NCBI GenBank assembly: GCA_963729715.1
Contig: CAVSPA010000009.1
Location: forward strand, 31,907 to 95,906
Reading direction: 5' to 3'
Origin: an uncultured delta proteobacterium
GTDB lineage: Bacteria > Desulfobacterota > Syntrophia > Syntrophales > UBA2185
Length of the DNA: 64,000 nt
The notes beneath the pieces are model-generated. The model was given only the letters and a program-made list of their open reading frames with translations. It was not told the DNA's origin and did not search any database. Shown here piece by piece: positions 1 to 9,976 of the stretch (position 1 is its first letter; each line of letters opens with the position of its first letter). Position numbers and translations under genes: made by a program.

Positions 1-2578
1 CGAGACAACGCTTAAGAAAAGTTAATGATTTTTCGTATTCACAATTACAAGATAAGCACCAACCCAAGCTGATACTTGTGATCCATAAGGACACAAAATC
101 ACCGACCTCTTCTGAAATGCTAATTGCTTTATTAAAATATGAAAGACCACTAGTAATGTCCTCATCAACATTAAAGCTATACATTGCCAAAGCGTTGTAA
201 ATGCCCGAGAGACTTTTTTTGTAGTCCATTTTTATGGCTAGGTCAGCAATAGGTTGAACAGCATCTTTAGCGTCTGCAAGATGGCTTAAGCTGTTGTAAT
301 AATTTGCAAGGGTTACTCTGGCATCGATGACCTTCTTTTGATTGTCTTCAGTCTGTGGCAACTTCTCTAAACAGGCCACTCTCCTCTTCGCATACTCAAT
401 GGCATCTCTGAATGAGGCGGCCTTCTGGTATTTTTTTGCCTCAAGCTTTGCATACTCTGCCCCCTTCTCGTAATTTTCGCTGGCAATGCAATGATCAGCC
501 AGAACACCATAGTGGTAGCAGATGTCGTCTTTATAGATTTCTTCCATCGTTTGAGCGATCTTTTCGTGGAGCTGCTTTTTCTTCTTTGTCAGTATGGAAT
601 CGTAGACCACCTCTCTTGTGAGGGCATGCTTAAATATGTAGGCAGACTCAGGGTAGATGCCTCTTTCAAAAAGGAGTTCGGAATCTTTTAATGTGGAGAG
701 ATCGGATAGCAGCTCCTTTTCGGAAAGCCCTGTTACTTTCCCGATCAGATTATAGCCGAACTCCCTCTCTATAACTGAACCTGTTCTCAGGACTTCTCTT
801 GCTCCCTCTGGGAGGTTGTCCACCCTTGCCATGATCACATCCTGGATCGTGGAAGGGATAGTGAGCTTCTGGATGTCCTTTGATAGTTGATAGCTATGGT
901 CTTTTTTCTCGATGACCTTGAGGTCTTTCAGGGATTTTATGAACTCCTCAAGGAAGAAGGGTATACCCTCTGTCTTTTGCAGGATCAGGTCTTCCAGTTC
1001 TCTGTCGATATTGGGAGTGCCAAGCATGTGAGTTGCCATGGCAAGGCTCTCACGGTTGGACAGTTTGTTCAATGTAACCTGACTATGATAAGAACGGCTT
1101 CCCCAGGTATGGATGAACTCAGGCCTGTAGGTGAAGATGAGGAATACCTTCGCTGCTGAGATGCTCTCCAGTAGATCTTTGAAGGCATCCTCGGAACTCC
1201 TATCCATCCAATGTAAGTCCTCGATAGCCATAATGAGAGGCCTTGCCTCGGAGCCCTTGATTGTTATTCGCTTTATCGCCTCCAATGTCCTGTCCTTCCT
1301 GGCCTCAGGACTCATGGGAATCTTGTCAACGCCGCTCTCCTTCACAGATAGGAGCTCTAATAGATAGGGGAGTGTGGTTGCTTCATCTACACGGACAGCT
1401 TTTAAGAATCTCGTGACCTTCTTTCTTATGACCTGGTCAGTATCGTTATCCTGAATTTCAAAGTTAGCCTTCAGGACATCGACTACAGGATGGTAGGCCA
1501 CATTGCGGCTGTAAGATAAGCAGCGTCCTTCAAGAAAGGTGACATATTCGTTGGTCACGGCCTTTCTGAACTCATAGAGGAGTCTTGATTTACCGATACC
1601 TGCATCGGATATTATAGAGATGGCCTGACCTCTGCCTTCCTTGGATCTTTCAAATCCATCTAACAGGAGTTCCAGTTCTCTTTCCCTTCCCACAAATGGC
1701 GTTAGTCCCCTTTCCGCACTGACATCGAATCTTGTTCTTCTGCTGCTGGGGGCAATTACCTGGTAAACTTTAAGGGGCTTCTCCTTTCCTTTGATCTCTT
1801 TCTCACCCAAAGCCTCAAAGCGGAAAATTCCTTCCGTGAGCCTGAAGGTTTCATCGGAGACATAAGTGGTTCCAGGTTCGGCAAGGGATTCCATGCGGGA
1901 GGCCATATTGACGGTGTCACCGACCGCCTTGAACTCTACTCTCAGGTCGTTTCCAAGGGTGCCTACCACTACAGGGCCGGTATGGATTCCTACTCTCATC
2001 TTGAGAGGTGGTATATTCCCCTTCTCCTGCTTTACTTTCTCATTGAACCTCGTCATCTCCCTATGGATGGCCATGGCGGATCTTATGGCTCTCTGTGGGG
2101 CATCCTCAAGTGCAATAGGGGCTCCAAATAAGGCCATGACACCGTCACCGGTCATCTCGTTGACTGTCCCTTCATAGTCGTGGACCTTGTGAATGAGGAT
2201 CTCGTAGACCTGGTCCATCATGCCATACACTTCTTCAGGGCCGAGTTTAGCAGCTAAGGGAGTAAATCCCTTCATGTCGCAGAACAGGACGGTTACTTGT
2301 TTGCGTTCACCTTCTATCTTGTCACGCTGGGAGAGGATCTTCTCGGTGATGCCGGCGGGAAGGTACTTCTGGATCTTCTCCAGCTTCTCATCAAAGGAGA
2401 GTTCTTTCCGGGTGGGTTCGGAGGGAATGGTGAGGTTGTGGCCGCAATCGCCGCAGAATTGATCGCCTGGGACAACTTCTGATTGGCATTGTGGGCAGGT
2501 GCTTGAAAGTTTTGAACCGCATTTACGGCAAAACTTCTTATCCTCAGGATTCTCAAACTCACACTTCGGGCACTTCAT
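1..2578 (-). CDS. Double zinc-ribbon + class III adenylate/guanylate cyclase + AAA(STAND-like) ATPase protein, 3' end beyond window
   Basis: Manual translation from ATG at 2578: MKCPKCEFENPEDKKFCRKCG...CPQC...FCGDCG; ERKQVTVLFCDMKGFT, GDGVMALFGAP, RVGIHTGPV, GDTVNMASRME cyclase motifs; Walker A DAGIGKS; RBS GGAGG upstream. Probably missing from the ORF track because no stop lies in the window. Confidence 0.9.
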   Translation of the reverse strand, partial: MKCPKCEFENPEDKKFCRKCGSKLSSTCPQCQSEVVPGDQFCGDCGHNLTIPSEPTRKELSFDEKLEKIQKYLPAGITEKILSQRDKIEGERKQVTVLFCDMKGFTPLAAKLGPEEVYGMMDQVYEILIHKVHDYEGTVNEMTGDGVMALFGAPIALEDAPQRAIRSAMAIHREMTRFNEKVKQEKGNIPPLKMRVGIHTGPVVVGTLGNDLRVEFKAVGDTVNMASRMESLAEPGTTYVSDETFRLTEGIFRFEALGEKEIKGKEKPLKVYQVIAPSSRRTRFDVSAERGLTPFVGRERELELLLDGFERSKEGRGQAISIISDAGIGKSRLLYEFRKAVTNEYVTFLEGRCLSYSRNVAYHPVVDVLKANFEIQDNDTDQVIRKKVTRFLKAVRVDEATTLPYLLELLSVKESGVDKIPMSPEARKDRTLEAIKRITIKGSEARPLIMAIEDLHWMDRSSEDAFKDLLESISAAKVFLIFTYRPEFIHTWGSRSYHSQVTLNKLSNRESLAMATHMLGTPNIDRELEDLILQKTEGIPFFLEEFIKSLKDLKVIEKKDHSYQLSKDIQKLTIPSTIQDVIMARVDNLPEGAREVLRTGSVIEREFGYNLIGKVTGLSEKELLSDLSTLKDSELLFERGIYPESAYIFKHALTREVVYDSILTKKKKQLHEKIAQTMEEIYKDDICYHYGVLADHCIASENYEKGAEYAKLEAKKYQKAASFRDAIEYAKRRVACLEKLPQTEDNQKKVIDARVTLANYYNSLSHLADAKDAVQPIADLAIKMDYKKSLSGIYNALAMYSFNVDEDITSGLSYFNKAISISEEVGDFVSLWITSISLGWCLSCNCEYEKSLTFLKRCL

Positions 2579-3027
2579 GTTGATCCTCCATCAAGGGGTC
2601 TGTCCCGTTACAGGTCTGAAGGAATGCCTATCTATATATGAAGCAGAGAAAAACTGAATCTGTGAGATAGTTAGAGACTAATAGTTTGAGGGTTATAGAT
2701 GCCCCAAGGGATTATAAGAATACTTTTTTTATGAACAGGAAGGAGCATCCTATCGAGGGCAAGATAGAGGACAATTCAATGAAAATCAAGGGGAAAATGA
2801 TGGAAATTTGGCATATTTCATACAGCCGTGGAGAATCCGTTCAAAACCAGCAGCCAATTCCGTTGCAAACCAGCACCCTATTCCGGAACATGCCAGCAGG
2901 TGATTCCGGAACAAACCAGCAGGTTTCCGTGATTTAGCGGAAATGCCTGCTGGCATAGCGGAATAAAAATCATACTGAACAATTGACCTAATCAGCCATA
3001 ATACCCTCTTAAAAAACTGGAGGGTGT

Positions 3028-4596
3028 ATGGCACAGGTAAGGATCAGTATGAGAAAGATAAAAGAAGTCTTAAGATTACATTTTGAAGCCGGGATATCCC
3101 AAGCCAAGATATCAGATATTGCCAATATCAGCAGATTTACAGTTCAGCAATATATAATGAGGTTTACCGCTGCCGGGCTGAGCTGGCCATTGGACATGAG
3201 TGATGATGAACTGGAACGGAGATTGTTTCCCAGGAACAAGGGGAAAAATAACCGAGAGGAACCAGATTACCGCTGGTTGCTGCAGGAGATCCGCAGGCCA
3301 AACGCAACACTGTCTGTCTTATGGGAAGAATACAAGCAACAGCACCCGGCTGGTTATCAATACAGCTATTTTTGTGATTTGTTCAATGCTTACCGGGAAA
3401 AGCTGAACTTAAGCATGCGCCAGGTTCACAAAGCCGGCGAGAAAACATTTATTGATTTCAGCGACAGTCCGATAAAGATTATCACTCGGGCAACCGGGAC
3501 AGAGACCGATACAAAAATCTTCGTTTCTGTCTGGGGCGCATCAAGCTACATGTTTGCCAAGAGTTGCCTGGATGAGAAGTTGCCAACCTGGATAAGATTA
3601 AATGTCAACGCGCTGGAGTATTTTGGGTGTTGCCCAAGGGCGATGGTACCGGATAATCTCAGATCGGCGGTAAGCAGGGCATCCAGATATGAGCCTGATA
3701 TAAATCCCACCTATGCGGAGTTTGCAAGACATTACGGGACAGTGATTTTTCCGGCAAGACCTTATCGGCCAAAAGACAAATCCAAAGCTGAGAATGGCAT
3801 AAAGCTGGCGAAGCGGTGGATATTGTTCCGGCTGCGCAATGAGCGCTTCTATTCGCTGAGCGAACTGAATGATGCGATCGGTGTATTGCTCAAAGAGTTT
3901 AACAAAAGAAAAATGAAAAAGTTTCAAAAAAGCCGGCAGGAGCTTTTTGAACTTTTAGACAAACCACATGCGCTTAAACTTCCGGATGCACATTACGAAT
4001 TTGCTGAATGGAAAAAAGCCAAGGTACAGTTTAATTATCACGTCAGCTATGAGGGGCATGATTATTCGGTACCTTATACGCTCATTCATAAAGAGGTGGA
4101 TATTAAAGCCACGCCTGTCCTGATAGAGGTTTATTACAATGGCAAAAGAATCTGCAGTCATGCAAAAAGCAGCAAGCCTTACGGTTATACAACCGTCCCA
4201 GAGCATATGCCCCGGAATCATCAAAAATATCTGGAATGGACCCCGGACAGGATTCTGCATTATGCGGCGAAGTACGGGCAATCGGTTAAGGCGCTTGTTC
4301 AAAGGGTCATGGACTCCAGAAAGTTTCCTGAGCAGGCATATAAGTCATGCCTGGGCATCATCAGGCTTGAGAACAAATATACGGCGGCCCGCTTGGATCT
4401 TGCCTGCAATAGAGCGCTTCTATACAGGGCTTATTCCTATAACAGCGTAGCTGCCATTCTCGAGAAAGGGCTGGATAAACAAACTCCTTTGTCACAGATA
4501 AACAACGCCGTCATTAATCACGAAAACATCAGAGGTTCGAATTATTATCTGGAAGGAGGAAACAGTGTACGCGCAGACAATAAGCAAAATGAATGA
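3028..4596 (+). CDS. istA: IS21 transposase IstA
   Basis: 522 aa; N-terminal HTH, DDE core (IDF, PDNLRS, KDKSKAE). Confidence 0.93.
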   Translation: MAQVRISMRKIKEVLRLHFEAGISQAKISDIANISRFTVQQYIMRFTAAGLSWPLDMSDDELERRLFPRNKGKNNREEPDYRWLLQEIRRPNATLSVLWEEYKQQHPAGYQYSYFCDLFNAYREKLNLSMRQVHKAGEKTFIDFSDSPIKIITRATGTETDTKIFVSVWGASSYMFAKSCLDEKLPTWIRLNVNALEYFGCCPRAMVPDNLRSAVSRASRYEPDINPTYAEFARHYGTVIFPARPYRPKDKSKAENGIKLAKRWILFRLRNERFYSLSELNDAIGVLLKEFNKRKMKKFQKSRQELFELLDKPHALKLPDAHYEFAEWKKAKVQFNYHVSYEGHDYSVPYTLIHKEVDIKATPVLIEVYYNGKRICSHAKSSKPYGYTTVPEHMPRNHQKYLEWTPDRILHYAAKYGQSVKALVQRVMDSRKFPEQAYKSCLGIIRLENKYTAARLDLACNRALLYRAYSYNSVAAILEKGLDKQTPLSQINNAVINHENIRGSNYYLEGGNSVRADNKQNE

Positions 4597-5302
4597 AATG
4601 AAATTGCACGGTATGGCCAGATCTTTTCAAGAACGGCGGACAAAACCGGACCATCAGGATTTAAGCCATGACGAGTTTACCGCCTTGCTGATTGATGACG
4701 AATATATACAAAGGCAGAACAATCGTCAGCGCCGTTTGATGCAGAGGGCAAAGCTGAAGTTTCCCTCTGCTGCTCTGGAAAACATTGACTATCTCAAGAA
4801 TAGAAACATTGCCAAAACGAAGATTACTTCTTTACAGAATAACCAATGGTTGGAAAAACATCAGAACATTTTAATCTCAGGGCCAACCGGTGTTGGCAAG
4901 AGTTACCTGACATGTGCTTTCGGCCAGTGGGCCTGCCGGAATGGATTCTCTGTTTATTACAGCCGCTGGCCGAGAATGCTTGGCGATATCCTGGCTGCAA
5001 GAGGCGAAGGCAATTATCTAAAATATCTGCAGAAGCTGACTAAAGTCGGACTGCTGATCATTGACGATTTCGGCTTAAACTCACTATCTGATGCCGATAA
5101 GAAAGATCTGATGGAGATTGTCGAGGATCGCTATATGACCGGTTCAACAATTATCGCAAGTCAGTTGCCGATCAAAGACTGGCATGCTTTTATCGGTGAT
5201 CCCACAATCGCCGATGCTGTTTGTGACAGATTATTCCATGTCGCTCATAAATTTGAATTGAAAGGAGACACAATGCGAAAAAAAATAGAATCTATTGATT
5301 GA
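4565..5302 (+). CDS. istB: IS21 helper ATPase IstB
   Basis: Walker A GPTGVGKS, Walker B LLIIDDFG, ADAVCDRL; overlaps istA. Confidence 0.93.
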   Translation: MYAQTISKMNEMKLHGMARSFQERRTKPDHQDLSHDEFTALLIDDEYIQRQNNRQRRLMQRAKLKFPSAALENIDYLKNRNIAKTKITSLQNNQWLEKHQNILISGPTGVGKSYLTCAFGQWACRNGFSVYYSRWPRMLGDILAARGEGNYLKYLQKLTKVGLLIIDDFGLNSLSDADKKDLMEIVEDRYMTGSTIIASQLPIKDWHAFIGDPTIADAVCDRLFHVAHKFELKGDTMRKKIESID

Positions 5303-5547
5303 TGCCAGCAGGGTATGTTATTTAAACCCCGGTCAGCTTTCAGTATGCAGCAGGGTGCTGGCTTCCTCCGGAATCACCTGCAGGTTTCAGCGGTATTTCC
5401 ACAGCCGAGGATTACTGGAAGAAACCCTCACATATCCATGAAGAACTCCAGTTATTGATAAGAGGAAGCAGTCCTCTATATCAGGTCTCAAACCAACATT
5501 TATTATAACCGCAAAGGAAATTCATGTGGCGATCATGCGCTAGTGTC

Positions 5548-5958
5548 TCATGCCAGTCGTTTACCAGCGTCTGGCCCAGGCGCGAGATTATAAATCTCTT
5601 CAATTTTAAAAATTATCGTGCCTTTGGACTTAAGTGATAATCCAAACTTTGCACTTAATTCATCAATCCATCGGACCGTATCTTCATACCGCTTGCCGCT
5701 GGTTTCTATGGTGACGGTACCTTTCAACTGGTAACCTTCACGTTCTTCCCAATACATCACGGACACCCGAGGATTCGCCTTCATGTTTGCCAGGGTTTTG
5801 TTGAAGTATTGATCAGATATAAGAATGGTTTCAGCATCGATGATTTTTTTTGCTCCAATTGGCACTGCGTTGGGTCTGCCATCTCCGGTTGCCGTCGCAA
5901 GGACTACGTTGCGCACTTTATTGAACAGTTCCTGCATTCTTTCTGTCATTTGAGCCAT
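5548..5958 (-). CDS. Pyridoxamine 5'-phosphate oxidase family FMN-binding protein
   Basis: 136 aa, VLATATGDGRPNAVP, KTLANMKANPRVS, GYQLKG. Confidence 0.85.
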   Translation of the reverse strand: MAQMTERMQELFNKVRNVVLATATGDGRPNAVPIGAKKIIDAETILISDQYFNKTLANMKANPRVSVMYWEEREGYQLKGTVTIETSGKRYEDTVRWIDELSAKFGLSLKSKGTIIFKIEEIYNLAPGPDAGKRLA

Positions 5959-6043
5959 CTTGATTATCTCCTATTTTGATTTCTATATTGTTTTGTCCAG
6001 TTTTTTGGGGAGAGGCTCAGATTCCATTTATCGCCTTTTCCCA

Positions 6044-7027
6044 CTATTGAAGCGCCTTTTTGCATAGTTCAGTTATGAATATCGGATTGATTGAATCCTC
6101 CTTGCAGAGTTTCCGAAGATTGAGATAGCACATGGGGCACAGGAAGACCATGGCATCCGCATTCACTTTTTTTGCATCGTCTATATTCCACTTTTTCACA
6201 ATCGCCGCCCGTTCTTTGTCGCGTGCCATGAGTGGGGCACCGCAGCACAGTGCATTTATTCTTTCATACTTCCGTGCTGGCCTCTCCACTCCCAGGAGTT
6301 CGAAAATCTTGTCGAGATAGATATCCTTCCCCTGTGTGTAGCGCGAGGCGCAGGGAGATTGGTAAGCAACGCGGATCGGAACCGCTTTGAGTCGGCCCTC
6401 GCGCTTCTTGAGTTCCCGATAGAGGTATTCAAAGATATGGACAGGCTGGAAGGGCACTTTCAAGCCATACTCCTGGGCCAGCGTGGTCAGCATTGTATAA
6501 CAGTCGTCGTGGAAACAGATAACTTCTTTAGCTTCCAAGGCGGCGAGCTTCTCAATGAACCTCTTTGCCTCCTTCTTAGCGGAGCTCGGTTTCCCGAGGT
6601 GAATATGTCCAACGGTACAGAAATAGTCCGCACCTTCGACAATCGTCAAATCATCGAAAAGAGGATTGTCCAGAAGTTCACGGACCATATCTCCCACGAT
6701 GCACAGATTCAGCACGGGTTTCCCCTCTTTGCCTTTTTTTACGACGGTCGGAAGATTATAGAGCTTAGCGAAGTTCTGCATGGCTTGTTCGGGAATGCCG
6801 AGGGCACCCGTTTCTTCCTGTCGCTGGTTAAGCAAATCGAATGGATTGGCCTGGGTCGGGCAGACTAAATTGCACGATGCGCAAGTGACGCATAGACCCA
6901 CAATCGGCGGTGTTCCTCCCGATACAAGCTCCTTCATTTCCTCCTGAGCCCGATTGAGGTCGTATTCCACATAAGGACAAAACTCCAAGCACTTTCCACA
7001 TAAATTGCATTTTTCTTGGTAAAACAA
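6044..7027 (-). CDS. Fe-S oxidoreductase (4Fe-4S dicluster + CCG domains, HdrD/GlpC-like)
   Basis: CxxCxxCxxxCP twice, CCG motif, CPMC; RBS AGGAGG before TTG. Confidence 0.85.
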   Translation of the reverse strand: MFYQEKCNLCGKCLEFCPYVEYDLNRAQEEMKELVSGGTPPIVGLCVTCASCNLVCPTQANPFDLLNQRQEETGALGIPEQAMQNFAKLYNLPTVVKKGKEGKPVLNLCIVGDMVRELLDNPLFDDLTIVEGADYFCTVGHIHLGKPSSAKKEAKRFIEKLAALEAKEVICFHDDCYTMLTTLAQEYGLKVPFQPVHIFEYLYRELKKREGRLKAVPIRVAYQSPCASRYTQGKDIYLDKIFELLGVERPARKYERINALCCGAPLMARDKERAAIVKKWNIDDAKKVNADAMVFLCPMCYLNLRKLCKEDSINPIFITELCKKALQ

Positions 7028-7120
7028 TGATTCCTCCTTGGGTTTTATATTTGGCCGTTTATGTCAGCGTGCTTTCTTACCACAATTCAAAGATAGGGTC
7101 CTTCGATATCACAATTTTCA

Positions 7121-7191
7121 AGGAAATAACATTAATGATTACAGTTTGAAGTGTCGTATCATCATCGAGATTGATGACTTGCAGATAACAG
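7121..7191. repeat. 71-bp direct repeat, copy 1 (left of IS110 element)
   Basis: AGGAAATAAC...GCAGATAACAG, identical to 8622-8692. Confidence 0.95.
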
Positions 7192-7281
7192 ACCTTATGA
7201 TAAAAAAGTAAAAGGCAAGTCTCAACCTTGCATGGTATATTTTGTTTGCCACAACAAAAACATACCCAAAGGAGGCTTGCC

Positions 7282-8340
7282 ATGGTTAAAGGTAACAAAC
7301 TTGATTTCACCGGTCAACACATTTACGTCGGTATGGACATTCACAAAAAGAGCTGGAGCGTCAGCATTCATAATGAACACTTTGAACACAAAACCTTTAC
7401 CCAACCGCCCGAGGTTAAGAAACTGGTATATTATTTACAAAGAAACTTTCCAGGTGCCACCTATCATTCCGTATATGAAGCCGGTTTCAGTGGTTTCTGG
7501 ATCCATGACCAGCTAACTCAAGAAGGAATCCATTCCATGGTAGTCAATCCCGCCGATGTCCCGACAAAGCATAAGGAGAAAGCCGGCAAGGCCGACAAGG
7601 TGGATTGCCGGAAGCTGGGCAGGAGCCTCCGCAGCGGCGACATCAAAGGCATTTACGTTCCTTCCAGGACAGAAGTGGAAGACCGTCACCTGATACGCAC
7701 CCGCCAGGGCATGGTGAAGAAACAGACGCGGTGCAAGAACCAGATCAAAGCGATTCTCTTTTTTTACGGCATCGCGCTTCCCGAAGAGGGAAACTGGTCC
7801 AGGAACTTCATCAACCGATTAGATGCTGTCCAAATGGAAAAAGCCAGCGGAGATATTACCCTCAAAGCCCATCTGGAAGAACTGAAGCACCTTAGACAGA
7901 TCATCGCCGGTCTCAACAAAGCCATCCTCGCCTTGTCCAGATCCGATACATACAGGGATAAGGTCCTTCTCCTTAGGTCCGTGCCGGGCATCAGTACCCT
8001 CACGGCAATGACGTTACTGACAGAGCTATGTGACATTACCCGGTTTCCATCCATCGACAAGCTTGCCAGCTATACGGGATTGGTTCCCGATATAAAGTCA
8101 AGCGGCGAGACGGCATACACGGCGGGTATCACCCACCGCAGGAATCCCATATTAAGGACCGTGCTCATCGAGGCCTCCTGGGTGGCAGTGCGGAAAGACC
8201 CGGCATTGATGATGGCCTTCCATAAGTTCTCCCTCCGGATGAAAAAGACGGTAGCCATCGTCCACATCGCCAGGAAGCTTTTGAACCGTATCCGTTTCGT
8301 CCTTATGAACCATGAGCAATATGTACCGGCTGTCGTTTAA
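7282..8340 (+). CDS. IS110-family DEDD recombinase/transposase
   Basis: YVGMDIHKKS, VYEAG, KADKVDCRKL, SVPGIS, YTGLVP..KSSG motifs; RBS GGAGG before ATG 7282. Confidence 0.92.
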   Translation: MVKGNKLDFTGQHIYVGMDIHKKSWSVSIHNEHFEHKTFTQPPEVKKLVYYLQRNFPGATYHSVYEAGFSGFWIHDQLTQEGIHSMVVNPADVPTKHKEKAGKADKVDCRKLGRSLRSGDIKGIYVPSRTEVEDRHLIRTRQGMVKKQTRCKNQIKAILFFYGIALPEEGNWSRNFINRLDAVQMEKASGDITLKAHLEELKHLRQIIAGLNKAILALSRSDTYRDKVLLLRSVPGISTLTAMTLLTELCDITRFPSIDKLASYTGLVPDIKSSGETAYTAGITHRRNPILRTVLIEASWVAVRKDPALMMAFHKFSLRMKKTVAIVHIARKLLNRIRFVLMNHEQYVPAVV

Positions 8341-8344
8341 TTAT

Positions 8345-8600
8345 AAAAAGAACAGGAGCGTATGAAGACAATCTGAAAAATCTTATTTCGTGGGCAACGG
8401 ATACTAACTTCCTGCAGCTGATATAAGAATCATGCCTGCTCATTACAGACTACGTGCCCACACATTAAAACCTGACAAAGATAATGCAGCGATCCCTCAG
8501 CGATCTGTCTGCTGATAGGAGAATGCTTTTTGAAGATTGTGCTTACATACACAAAAAATTCAAAAGAACAAAAACTTCCGTCACCCTATGAGTAAACAAG
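8345..8600 (+). ncRNA. Putative bridge RNA/seekRNA in right non-coding end
   Basis: Nested stems visible (ACAATCTGAAAAA/TTTTTGAAGATTGT; GTGGGCA/TGCCCAC; GCAG..GATC/GATC..CTGC). Loop segments match the insertion target and the element junction. Boundaries approximate. Confidence 0.6.
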
Positions 8601-8621
8601 AGACTTGCTTTTTTACATAGG

Positions 8622-8692
8622 AGGAAATAACATTAATGATTACAGTTTGAAGTGTCGTATCATCATCGAGATTGATGACTTGCAGATAACAG
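8622..8692. repeat. 71-bp direct repeat, copy 2 (right of IS110 element)
   Basis: Identical to 7121-7191. Confidence 0.95.
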
Positions 8693-8858
8693 GAAGATAG
8701 CCGGATTCTAAATGAACAGAAAATGAACTGTCTCGCCGTTGCATGTTTCATCTCGCATTCAACGAGCTGCTCTGACAAAACGACCTGCGACTTGTATTTG
8801 TTAGAGAGTAAATAAAAAAATCAGCAGGCAGCTAACGGCGACCCGCAGGAGTGGTTCA

Positions 8859-9269
8859 TCATCTCTTCTGTAAATGTCTTTTGATAAATTCATGCGGTTT
8901 GAGGACTTCTATGCCTTGGTATCCGGAGACCTTCAGCAGATGCTTATCACCGCTAACGATAATCCTGCTTCCACTGGCTATAGCACAGGCAAGAAATTTG
9001 TCATCATCAGCGTCAGTGCACACGGGTTTGGGGAGGTCTTGAGTCTGATACAATTCAGCCTCAATAGTTACCAGATCAAGAATAGGTCTCAAGTCAATTG
9101 AAGGGAATCGCTCGGCAATTGCTTCTCCCACTCTCCAGTATTCTTTAAGTATCTCTTGAGAAATTGCCAATTGAATTTTGCCGTCACGCCATGCATTAAG
9201 AATTTGATGTGGTGGTCCACTGAAAAAGACTCCGGAAATGAAAACATTCGTATCGACGATAACCTTCAC
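8859..9269 (-). CDS. PIN-domain (VapC-like) toxin
   Basis: MKVIVDTNVFISG, DADDDKFLACA, IVSGDKHLL; overlaps the antitoxin stop. Confidence 0.9.
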   Translation of the reverse strand: MKVIVDTNVFISGVFFSGPPHQILNAWRDGKIQLAISQEILKEYWRVGEAIAERFPSIDLRPILDLVTIEAELYQTQDLPKPVCTDADDDKFLACAIASGSRIIVSGDKHLLKVSGYQGIEVLKPHEFIKRHLQKR

Positions 9270-9529
9270 TTGCGACCTCGTGCCTTTGCTATCGCATCAT
9301 AGATGTCGGATCTTTTCAATCCAGCCTTTTTTGCTTGCTTGCGGGCTTCAGCAATCAGTTTGTCAAATTCTTCCATGGATGGTTGGGAAAGGGATTTGAA
9401 TATTACCACATCTTTTTCTCCTACAACGACAAATTGCGCGCCAACCTTTAGGTTGAGTCGTTTACGTATATCCTCAGGGATGACTACTTGCCCCTTGGAG
9501 GACATTTTTGTGGTTGCCAATGTTGCCAT
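9266..9529 (-). CDS. AbrB/MazE/SpoVT-family antitoxin
   Basis: TKMSSKGQVVIPEDIRKRLNL. Confidence 0.9.
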   Translation of the reverse strand: MATLATTKMSSKGQVVIPEDIRKRLNLKVGAQFVVVGEKDVVIFKSLSQPSMEEFDKLIAEARKQAKKAGLKRSDIYDAIAKARGRK

Positions 9530-9551
9530 TATAAATCCTCCTAAATTATTT

Positions 9552-9565
9552 TCTTACTGGTAAGA
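9552..9565. promoter_or_regulatory. Palindrome upstream of AbrB-PIN operon, probable autoregulatory operator
   Basis: TCTTAC-TG-GTAAGA just upstream of the RBS. Confidence 0.45.
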
Positions 9566-9664
9566 TTTTAGTATAAGTAATTTGATTTGGCAAGCCATAA
9601 ATTTGGTATGCTGTTTTATTTAGATCCGTGGTTCTATCTTTTTTATGGTTCTGGAACTCGATTT

Positions 9665-9976
9665 TCAATCCAGAATTTTTGATCTCAGCAGCTTTTTCAA
9701 AGTTTCATATACGTCTATCTTTGATCCCTCTTTACGTATACCTATGCCGATGACAATAACCGTCACTGTTTTTACTTTCACTTCGTACACAATCCTGTAG
9801 CGGCTCGCGGCATGAATGCTGCGATACCCAGCAAGATTACCAGACAACGCTTTTCCTATTTTGTCAGGTGATTCTTTCAGGGTTTCGATCTTGCGGCCTA
9901 TTGCGGTTTTTGCTCTGCCATCCAGGGATCTCAGGTACGCTTTCGCCTCGTCAGTCAGGGTAATTTTATAATTCAA
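9665..9976 (-). CDS. RelE/ParE-family toxin
   Basis: GKALSGNLAGYRSI...YRIVYEV...VIVIGIGIR. Confidence 0.88.
   Translation of the reverse strand: MNYKITLTDEAKAYLRSLDGRAKTAIGRKIETLKESPDKIGKALSGNLAGYRSIHAASRYRIVYEVKVKTVTVIVIGIGIRKEGSKIDVYETLKKLLRSKILD

Larger units (their letters stand above)
2829..5401 (+). mobile_element. IS21-family insertion sequence, complete
   Basis: TG...CA ends with imperfect IRs (TGGAGAATCCGTTCAAAACCAGCAG / rc TGGAAATACCGCTGAAACCTGCAG), multiple internal CCAGCA repeats, 6-bp target duplication CAGCCG at 2823-2828 and 5402-5407, istA-istB pair. Confidence 0.93.
7192..8621 (+). mobile_element. IS110-family (IS1111-like) element
   Basis: Sub-terminal IRs GTAAAAGGCAAGTCTC (7208-7223) / GAGACTTGCTTTTTTAC (8600-8616); short left end, ~280-bp right non-coding end; AG dinucleotide at both junctions. 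Confidence 0.8.

Noticed and set aside
412..2562. Short ORFs in the track over 412-2562 and similar antisense ORFs elsewhere
   Set aside because: Shadows of longer genes with recognisable domains.
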